NCBI GenBank assembly: GCA_021775855.1
Contig: JAJFGZ010000006.1
Location: forward strand, 3,761 to 67,760
Reading direction: 5' to 3'
Origin: Hyphomicrobiales bacterium
Lineage (GTDB): Bacteria > Pseudomonadota > Alphaproteobacteria > Rhizobiales > NORP267
DNA length: 64,000 nucleotides
Position 1 is the first letter of the stretch. Every line of letters begins with the position of its first letter. A program made the translations under genes and the position numbers. Positions 7,461 to 15,117 of this stretch are shown here, piece after piece. Below the pieces are notes generated by a model. The model ran no database searches, was not told where the DNA came from, and worked only from the letters and a program-made list of their open reading frames with translations.

Positions 7461-9647
7461 ATGCCACGTGACCCAAAACATGATTGTTTGTTTGAGCCGA
7501 TAAAAATTGGCCCAAAGACAATGAAAAATCGGTTTTATCAAGTGCCCCATTGCATTGGTGCCGGCTCTGAAAAGCCTGGGACTCAAGCGCTTAATCGCGG
7601 CATGAAAGCTGAAGGTGGATGGGGTGCTTGCAACACCGAATATTGCTCGATCAGCCCTGAATCTGACGATACTCATCGTGTTTCCGCCCGCATTTGGGAT
7701 GATGGAGATGTAATTAATCTGCGCTATATGAACGACACCCTGCACAAGCATGGCTGCCTGGGCGGTATAGAAATGTGGTATGGCGGCCCGCATGCGCCAA
7801 ATCTGGAATCCCGCGCCGTTTCACGCGCGCCAAATGGTACCGCCTCTGAATTTGAATATCTGACCTATTCTCACGAGGCCGATGAAGACGATATCAAGGA
7901 CCTGATTAAACTCTATGGCGAGGCTGCAAAGCGCGCGGAACAGGCAGGGTTTGACATTGTCTATGTTTATGGCGGTCACTCCTACCTGCCACTCCAGTTC
8001 CTCTCACCGTTTTTTAATAAGAGGACCGACGGATACGGCGGCTCGTTGGAAAACCGGGCCCGCTTCTGGATCGAGGCCTTAACCGAGGTCAAAGAGGCTG
8101 TCGGCAGCACTTGCGCAATCGCCACCCGGCTTGCGATCGATACCCTTTATGGTCCTGGTAGCCTGGAAGTTGCTGACGATGGCCTGAAATTTGTTGAATT
8201 GGTCGCCAAGGAAGGTGTGCTGGATCTTTGGGACGTCAATATCGGCGATATCGCTGAATGGGGCGAAGATGCCGGACCTTCACGGTTCTACAAGGCTGGC
8301 CATCAACGGGCATGGACCAACGAAGTCAAGAAAATTTGCGACATCCCCGTGCTTGGCGTTAGCCGTGAAACCAGCGCTGACGATATGGCGGCTCATATAA
8401 CCTCCGGTCGTCTCGATATTATAGGCGCCGCACGTCCGTCAATTTCGGACCCGTTCCTCCCAAACAAAATTGACGAAGGCCGTATTGAGGATGTACGGGA
8501 ATGCATTGGCTGCAATGTTTGCATTTCTCGTTGGGAAATTGGCGGCCCGCCAATGGTCTGCACCCAGAACGCAACGGCAAACGAGGAATATCGCCGCGGC
8601 TGGCACCCTGAATCTTTCAACGCCGTCAAAACCGAAGAGTCGGTTCTGGTGGTTGGCGCTGGTCCTGCGGGTATGGAATGCGCCCGCGTCCTTGGCGAAC
8701 GCGGTTATGACGTGCATTTGCGTGAAGCCAGCAGCGAAATTGGTGGCTGCGTCAAGGATATCATGCGTTATCCCGGCCTGTCGGAATGGGGCCGCATTAC
8801 CTCCTACCGTCAGATCCAGTTGGACAAGCTGAAGAATGTAGAAGTCCATACCGGTGTAGGCGAAATGTCGGCGGATGATGTCCTGGAATATGGCGCCGAC
8901 AAGGTTGTCATTGCGACCGGGTCGCATTGGTCAACGACCGGGCTCAATTCTGTCAGCCACGATCCCGTCGAAGGGCTGGATGCGAGCAAGCCGTACATCT
9001 GCACACCAGAACAGGTGTTTCAGAAGAAAGAAGTCGGCAAGCGGGTTTTGGTGATCGATGGCGACGGGTATTTCACCGGCATCTCAATGGCTGAAATGCT
9101 GGTCGATCAGGGCAAGGAAGTGAATTTGGTCACTTCACTTGGCTCCGTTGCGCCTTACACGCACTTTACCCTCGAAGCGCCAAACTTGCACCGCATGATG
9201 TATGAAAAAGGTATCCACGAGAAAACCCTGCATTGGGTAGAGAAGGTAGAGGAGGGCGTTGCTACAATCTATTATCTCTATCGCGATGGATATAAGCGTG
9301 ACTCTGGCCCGACGCTCGGCAAAATGCCGCGTAGGGAAGGTACCGATGTCATCAAGATGGAATTCGATACCCTGATTTCTGTCACCGGACGGGTGCCCAA
9401 TGATCAGCTGTTTCGCGAGTTGCGGGCCCGTAAATCCGAATGGGAAGACAACGAAATCAAAGGCATTTATGCAGTTGGTGATTGTTATGCACCAGGTCTT
9501 TTGGCGGATGCGATTTTCTCTGGACATCGTATCGCGCGGGAATTCGAATCGAAGAATCCGCAGCATGCCCAGCCATGGATCCGTGAACGACAGGTTTGGG
9601 GCCATGAGACCTATCCCAAAATCAGCGATCGGGAGGTTCTCGGTTAG
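7461..9647 (+). CDS. tmd: Trimethylamine dehydrogenase (6-S-cysteinyl-FMN, 4Fe-4S, ADP-binding)
   Basis: Colinear with recalled Methylophilus TMADH: RDPKHD start, VPHCIG (flavinylated Cys30), TEYCS (Tyr60), VYVYGGHSY (Tyr169/His172), AEWGED (Trp264), CIGCNVCISRWEIGGPPMVC (4Fe-4S Cys, Trp355), VVGAGPAG. Confidence 0.9.
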   Translation: MPRDPKHDCLFEPIKIGPKTMKNRFYQVPHCIGAGSEKPGTQALNRGMKAEGGWGACNTEYCSISPESDDTHRVSARIWDDGDVINLRYMNDTLHKHGCLGGIEMWYGGPHAPNLESRAVSRAPNGTASEFEYLTYSHEADEDDIKDLIKLYGEAAKRAEQAGFDIVYVYGGHSYLPLQFLSPFFNKRTDGYGGSLENRARFWIEALTEVKEAVGSTCAIATRLAIDTLYGPGSLEVADDGLKFVELVAKEGVLDLWDVNIGDIAEWGEDAGPSRFYKAGHQRAWTNEVKKICDIPVLGVSRETSADDMAAHITSGRLDIIGAARPSISDPFLPNKIDEGRIEDVRECIGCNVCISRWEIGGPPMVCTQNATANEEYRRGWHPESFNAVKTEESVLVVGAGPAGMECARVLGERGYDVHLREASSEIGGCVKDIMRYPGLSEWGRITSYRQIQLDKLKNVEVHTGVGEMSADDVLEYGADKVVIATGSHWSTTGLNSVSHDPVEGLDASKPYICTPEQVFQKKEVGKRVLVIDGDGYFTGISMAEMLVDQGKEVNLVTSLGSVAPYTHFTLEAPNLHRMMYEKGIHEKTLHWVEKVEEGVATIYYLYRDGYKRDSGPTLGKMPRREGTDVIKMEFDTLISVTGRVPNDQLFRELRARKSEWEDNEIKGIYAVGDCYAPGLLADAIFSGHRIAREFESKNPQHAQPWIRERQVWGHETYPKISDREVLG

Positions 9648-9672
9648 TCCCGCATAGCGGTTCCATTATTTT

Positions 9673-9700
9673 CCGGTGTTCCAGAAAGCTGGAACACCGG
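9673..9700 (+). terminator. 12-bp intercistronic hairpin after tmd
   Basis: ccggtgttccag-aaag-ctggaacaccgg perfect stem, no U tract. Confidence 0.55.
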
Positions 9701-9782
9701 CGCTTGCGCGTAATTTTGTGCTTTTCATTATCTACAACGCGGCGTTGAAGACCTTGAAAGCCTTTGTGGACGGAGACGTCGG

Positions 9783-12700
9783 GTGGAAACGCGTGAATTA
9801 TTCTGGTCCCTGAAAACGCCCTCGGTGGTGGTTTTCTATGCTTTTGGGCTTGCTACGATTGCATTATTTATTTGGGGTTGCTGGAGGCATTACGCGAAAT
9901 ATCGACGCGGCACGGCCCCGGTCACTGCCATTGATCTGATCGCTGGGGTCAGACGAATGGTTGCCGATTTGATAACCCATCGCACGCTTGTGCGCCGCGA
10001 TAAGTATGCTGGCTATGCCCATGCCGGGATTTTCTTCGGCTTTGTCATCGCTGCGCTCGGCACCGCCACCATCACACTTGAATATGATATTCTCGAGCCG
10101 CTGTTCGGGATCACGTTCTGGCATGGGGATTTCTACCTCTTGTTCAGCTTGCTCCTCGACCTTGGTCATTTGGCGCTATTTCTCGGGCTCCTGATGATGA
10201 TTGTCCGCCGCTTGTTTTTCAGTCTGGACAAGCTTGACTATCGACGCAGCTACAGAGGGGATAGTGAACTTCGAACGTCAGCAAAAACATGGCGTATTGA
10301 AGACTGGATATTCTTATCCACTCTGCTGCTGATCGAGATAACCGGGTTTGTTCAGGAGGCTGTCCGCCTGCTTATGGATAAACCTGAATGGGCCTCATGG
10401 TCTCCGGTTGGATTGTTGCTGGCGAACGGGTTTGCAGTCCTTGGCATGTCTGATGCCACGGCTGCCGCGATCCGCGGTGCTAATTGGTGGATCCACGGCG
10501 TGCTGGCGCTCGCATTTACTGCGGCCATTCCCTGGTACAAGGCCAAGCACATCATCGCCGTGGTCGGTTCGCTGGCGATGCGTGCTGAAAAACCTCTTGC
10601 CCGTTTGACGCGAGAAGGTGAAGCCCGGCAAAGTAGCGGGATTGCCGATGTCTCGCAGTTTTCCTGGAAAGACATGTTGAATTTCGACGCCTGCACAAAG
10701 TGCGGGCGGTGTCATGAAGCGTGTCCTGCGCAGATTGCCGGATTTCCCTTGAGCCCGCGCGACTTTATTCTCGATCTGCGCACCCACAATGACAAAATGC
10801 AGGGCCGTCCGGATGAAGCGGTTCAGCTTATTGGCGATATCATCGCCCCTGAGACTTTGTGGGCGTGCCGTATGTGTGGGGCGTGTCAGGAAATTTGTCC
10901 TGTTGGAATCGAGCATCCGGCGATCATCGTACAAATGCGCCGCCAATTGGTGGAGCGTGGCGACATGGACCCGCTACTGCAAGGAACCCTCGATACCATT
11001 GCAAGCACCGGTAACAGTTTTGGCGAAAGCGCGCGCAAACGCAGCGCCTGGACGCGCGAACTGGAATTCAAGGTCAAAGATATTCGCGAAGTGGCCGCAG
11101 AAAACCTCTGGTTCGTTGGAGACTATGCGTCTTTCGACCCGCGCAACCAGCAGGTTAGTCGCGCTTTTGCCTCCCTGATGAAACACACCAAAACCGATTT
11201 TGCACTGCTGCATGAAGGCGAACGCAATGCCGGCAATGATGTTCGACGGGTTGGTGAAGAGGGGCTTTTTGAAACCCTGGTCGAGAGCAATTTACAGGCA
11301 ATGACCGGCGTCAAACAATTTTCAAAAATAATTACAACCGACCCCCACAGCTACAATACGATTAAAAACGAATATCCGGAATTCGGTGATGTTGCGCCTA
11401 TCGAACATTATACTTCGATCCTTGATGACCTCCTCAAATCCGGTCGGTTGAAGGTCACCAAGCCGCTCAGCAAGAAAGTGACGTTTCACGATCCGTGCCA
11501 TCTTGGCCGGTTGAATGGTGGCTATGATGCGCCACGCCACGTACTGGAAGCTATCGGCTGTGAAATTGTCGAGATGCCGCGCAACCGCGACAATTCGTTT
11601 TGCTGCGGTGCCGGGGGAGGGCGTATCTGGATTCCCGATCCGCCTGGAAAAGAAAAGCCATCCGAAAATCGTATGCGCGAGGCAGCAGGTCTCGGTGGCA
11701 TCGACATTTTTGTGACCTGCTGTCCAAAGGACCTGACCATGTTCGAAGACGCGCGTAAAACCAGCGGCCACGAAGCCGATTTTCTAGTCCGGGATATCGC
11801 CGAACTGGTGGCCGAAGCTATTGAGTTGAACGAGATTTCGCTGCAGGACATGCCATCGCTTGCCGAGCGTATTACAGACGCCGTGGCGACCCGCGTCGCA
11901 GATGTAGTTGGCGCCCGTCTGGAGAACGTACTTTCTTCCAAACTAGATGGGTTGGCCAGTATACCAGCGCCTGCCAAACCTGCCGAAATTCCTTCGGAAC
12001 CTAAGGAACCATCATCCACCACTCCAGAAACTGTGCAGGCGCGTATCACAGCGCCTGAAGTCGATGAGGATGTGCAGACTTCCACCCCAGAAGCGGAATT
12101 GCCGGCGTTGACAGCGATGGATTGGGACAGCCTGGCCCCTGTGCGTCTGGTCCCGTATGAGGGGTATGAGGCACCTGAGAAATCAACTTTGCGTATTTTG
12201 GTGACGGTGAAACACACAGCAAAACTCGGCGATGAATATGAATTTACAGCTGATACACGCGATGTGGCCGGGGAGTATCTTGAATACGATCTAAATGAAT
12301 GGGACGACGCGGCGTTGGAACAGGCGTTGCTTCTTGTAGAGGCCCATGGTGACGGCGAAGTGGTTGCTGTTTCGGTTGGTCCCGAAGAAGTTGAAAAGTC
12401 CCTCCGCAAGGTTCTCGCCAAGGGCGCCGATCGGGCGGTGCGTATCTGGGACGATAGGCTTCGGATCGCCGATCCGGTGACCATTGCCCGAGCAATTGCT
12501 GGCGTTGCCGCTGCTGAGCAACCTGACCTGATTTTAACGGGGACACAGTCTTCAGACCATGCTCACGGCTCTACTGGCACGGCGCTGGCACGTATTCTCG
12601 ATCTTCCCCATAGCTCGGTTATCGTCGAAGTCGAGCCGCAAGACGAGGGCGTCATCAACGTGACCCGCGAACTTGAAGGCGGAACCCGTCACGTGCTGCA

Positions 12701-12956
12701 GATGTCGATGCCTGCGGTCCTCGCTATCCAGACCGGAACCAACACACCGCGCTATGCGACGATGCGGATGATCAAACAAGCCAAGAAGAAGCCTCTTGAC
12801 GTGCTCGATGGTGCGCCAATTGTCGATGGATCCGGGGGGTACCGGGTACGACGCATGTACACCCCGATTCAGGAAAAGGCACAAATGCTCGAAGGGTCGG
12901 CGGAAGAGGTTGCGGCAAAAGTCGCCGAGCTTATCCGCGACATTAGGGGAGAATAA
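9783..12956 (+). CDS. Membrane heme-b/Fe-S oxidoreductase (FadF/EMO-like: TM domain, 2x4Fe-4S, CCG domains) fused to electron transfer flavoprotein beta subunit
   Basis: TM helices with His in YAHAGIFFGF, WWIHG, KAKHI; CTKCGRCHEACP and CRMCGACQEICP; FHDPCHLGR...FCCGAGGG; P/E/T-rich linker; from ~12189 ETF-beta (RILVTVKH, YDLNEWDD, LAKGADRAVRIWD, GTQSSD, RELEGG, PRYA). Confidence 0.88.
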   Translation: METRELFWSLKTPSVVVFYAFGLATIALFIWGCWRHYAKYRRGTAPVTAIDLIAGVRRMVADLITHRTLVRRDKYAGYAHAGIFFGFVIAALGTATITLEYDILEPLFGITFWHGDFYLLFSLLLDLGHLALFLGLLMMIVRRLFFSLDKLDYRRSYRGDSELRTSAKTWRIEDWIFLSTLLLIEITGFVQEAVRLLMDKPEWASWSPVGLLLANGFAVLGMSDATAAAIRGANWWIHGVLALAFTAAIPWYKAKHIIAVVGSLAMRAEKPLARLTREGEARQSSGIADVSQFSWKDMLNFDACTKCGRCHEACPAQIAGFPLSPRDFILDLRTHNDKMQGRPDEAVQLIGDIIAPETLWACRMCGACQEICPVGIEHPAIIVQMRRQLVERGDMDPLLQGTLDTIASTGNSFGESARKRSAWTRELEFKVKDIREVAAENLWFVGDYASFDPRNQQVSRAFASLMKHTKTDFALLHEGERNAGNDVRRVGEEGLFETLVESNLQAMTGVKQFSKIITTDPHSYNTIKNEYPEFGDVAPIEHYTSILDDLLKSGRLKVTKPLSKKVTFHDPCHLGRLNGGYDAPRHVLEAIGCEIVEMPRNRDNSFCCGAGGGRIWIPDPPGKEKPSENRMREAAGLGGIDIFVTCCPKDLTMFEDARKTSGHEADFLVRDIAELVAEAIELNEISLQDMPSLAERITDAVATRVADVVGARLENVLSSKLDGLASIPAPAKPAEIPSEPKEPSSTTPETVQARITAPEVDEDVQTSTPEAELPALTAMDWDSLAPVRLVPYEGYEAPEKSTLRILVTVKHTAKLGDEYEFTADTRDVAGEYLEYDLNEWDDAALEQALLLVEAHGDGEVVAVSVGPEEVEKSLRKVLAKGADRAVRIWDDRLRIADPVTIARAIAGVAAAEQPDLILTGTQSSDHAHGSTGTALARILDLPHSSVIVEVEPQDEGVINVTRELEGGTRHVLQMSMPAVLAIQTGTNTPRYATMRMIKQAKKKPLDVLDGAPIVDGSGGYRVRRMYTPIQEKAQMLEGSAEEVAAKVAELIRDIRGE

Positions 12957-12958
12957 TC

Positions 12959-13924
12959 ATGGCAGGTATCCTTGTCGTTGCGGAGCAACTGGATGGCGCA
13001 TTACGCGATATTTCGTCGGAATTGATTGGTGCGGCTAATTCCATCAAAGGTGAAATTGATGGACCACTTCAGGTGTTGATCGTTGGTCAGAATGTCGAAG
13101 ACCTCGCCAACAAGATCAATCTGGATGGTATCGATGATATTTTTACGCTGGAAATGCCCGACAATCATTTCGATCCGCTGGTATATGAAGAAGCCATCTG
13201 CAGCCTGGGTGCAGATCTGAAACCGGGCATCATTCTCATCGGCCACACCGTCAGTGGAATGGGTTACGGCGCGGCTGTTGCGGCGCGGCTTGGGTCCGGT
13301 TTTGCCAGCGACGTGATTGCTCTTGCGATGGACGGGGACGATCTCGTCGCCACCCGCAGTGCCTATGGCAACAAGGTGGAGATGGAGTTGGGTTTCCCCG
13401 GCAAGGGCGTTGTCGTGCTCACACTACGCGGCGCCACGTTTGCACCGCCGGAGGGTGATGGGAACGCAAAAATTTCACCGGCCGAAATCGATCTGACAAT
13501 GCTGGAAGGCGTTTCGACTCATGTGGAATTTCAGGAGGCCCCGCCGTCCGACATTGATATAACCAAGGCCGATTTCATCCTCTCGGTGGGACGCGGTATT
13601 CAGGATCAGGATAACCTGCCGCGCTTTGAAGCACTTGCCGATAAACTCGGCGCTACCTTTGGCTGCTCGCGGCCAATTGTCGATGCGGGATGGTTGCCAA
13701 AACCCCACCAGGTTGGCCAGTCGGGCAAAGTCGCTTCAAATTGCCAACTTTATTTTGCCCTCGGTATTTCAGGTGCAGTCCAACACCTGTTCGGAATGAA
13801 GCATATCGATACCATTATCGCGGTCAATACCGACCCCGATGCGCCCATTTTCAACGTGGCAACTTACGGCACCACCATCGATCTGTTTGAACTGACTGAT
13901 GCGTTGGAGCGCCACTTCAACTGA
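12959..13924 (+). CDS. etfA: Electron transfer flavoprotein alpha subunit
   Basis: ILVVAEQ start; SVGRG, GCSRPIVDAGW, QVGQSGK, GISGAVQHLFGM, IAVNTDPDAPIF FAD-binding motifs. Confidence 0.95.
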   Translation: MAGILVVAEQLDGALRDISSELIGAANSIKGEIDGPLQVLIVGQNVEDLANKINLDGIDDIFTLEMPDNHFDPLVYEEAICSLGADLKPGIILIGHTVSGMGYGAAVAARLGSGFASDVIALAMDGDDLVATRSAYGNKVEMELGFPGKGVVVLTLRGATFAPPEGDGNAKISPAEIDLTMLEGVSTHVEFQEAPPSDIDITKADFILSVGRGIQDQDNLPRFEALADKLGATFGCSRPIVDAGWLPKPHQVGQSGKVASNCQLYFALGISGAVQHLFGMKHIDTIIAVNTDPDAPIFNVATYGTTIDLFELTDALERHFN

Positions 13925-13960
13925 CAATTCAACAACCACCAATAGATAAGGGAGACTAAA

Positions 13961-15061
13961 ATGAACGAAGGTACCCGACACTCCGTACTCGCTGATCGCC
14001 ACCGCGCGCTTGGTTCTGATCTTGGTGACTGGAACGGAATGGGCGTCGCGTGGGACTATGCCAGCGACCCATGCGATGAGCACGATGCGGTGCGCACCGC
14101 CGCCGGCCTGTTCGATGTTTCTGGCCTGAAAAAGGTATTCGTACAGGGTCCCGATGCTGGTGCCGTTGTGGATCATGTTATCACGCGAAATATGAAAGTT
14201 ATCACCCCCGGACGCTCGGCCTATGGTCCGAACCTGACCGAACAGGGAACTATTTGCGACGATGCGATTGTCTTTAACCTGGGTGGTGGCAAATGGATGG
14301 TCGTGCATGGATCGGGAAGTTGCATGGAGATGCTGCAAGAATCGGCAGCCGGCAAAAACGTCGATATCGAATTCGACGACGATCTCCACGACATTTCATT
14401 GCAGGGACCGAAATCTACCGAATTCCTCAATGCGCATACTCCATTCGATCTGGCCGGCCTGAAATATTTTCATCAGGAAGAGACCGAATTGTTCGGTCAT
14501 CCGGTGATTATTTCTCGCACCGGGTATTCAGGTGAACGGGGGTACGAGATATTCGCCGGGGCGGATCGTGTAGGCGATATCTGGGATCAGATTATTGGCC
14601 AGGGTAAGGCCGAAGGCATCATGCCATGTTCTTTCACCTGCCTCGACAAAATCCGTGTCGAAGCGGCCCTGTTATTTTACCCATACGACATGACCGAGGC
14701 GAACAGCCCATGGGAAGTTGGTCTTGGCTGGGCAATCACGACCAAAGGTGACGATTTTCGTGGTCGTGCAGCGGTCATGGATCTCAAGGGCAAGGAAAAG
14801 ATCAAGGTCGTTGGTATTAGCGCCGATCATGACGGTATTCTTGCTGGCGAAGAAAAACTGAAGCTGGATGGCAAGGAGGTTGGCGTTGTCAATTCTCCAG
14901 CCTATTCTCATCGCATGAAAAAATCTCTTGCTCTTGCACATGTTACGCCGGACGCAGCCGCACCCGGCACTCAGCTGCGTGTAGAAGGGGATATTTCCTG
15001 CGATGCGATAGTTGAAGCAACGCCTTTCTATGACCCGGATAAAACCCGGACCCATGGATAA
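13961..15061 (+). CDS. Stand-alone aminomethyltransferase (GcvT/T-protein family, folate-binding)
   Basis: GLFDVSGL, DDAIV, ISLQGPKS, SRTGYSGERGYEI, DKIRVEAALLFY, SLALAHV, TPFYDP; no gcvH/gcvP in the window. Confidence 0.88.
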   Translation: MNEGTRHSVLADRHRALGSDLGDWNGMGVAWDYASDPCDEHDAVRTAAGLFDVSGLKKVFVQGPDAGAVVDHVITRNMKVITPGRSAYGPNLTEQGTICDDAIVFNLGGGKWMVVHGSGSCMEMLQESAAGKNVDIEFDDDLHDISLQGPKSTEFLNAHTPFDLAGLKYFHQEETELFGHPVIISRTGYSGERGYEIFAGADRVGDIWDQIIGQGKAEGIMPCSFTCLDKIRVEAALLFYPYDMTEANSPWEVGLGWAITTKGDDFRGRAAVMDLKGKEKIKVVGISADHDGILAGEEKLKLDGKEVGVVNSPAYSHRMKKSLALAHVTPDAAAPGTQLRVEGDISCDAIVEATPFYDPDKTRTHG

Positions 15062-15117
15062 AGGAAACACGTTCTCCGGTTGCAGATCAGGATGAATTCG
15101 ATAGCCGAGCTGGCCAA

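Noticed and set aside
7461-9647. Alternative call as dimethylamine or histamine dehydrogenase, or a generic old-yellow-enzyme
   Set aside because: Tyr60/Ser74/Trp105 and overall colinearity favour TMADH; substrate still needs assay
13961-15061. Call as true glycine-cleavage gcvT
   Set aside because: No gcvH/gcvP neighbours and the context is methylamine oxidation; left without a gene symbol
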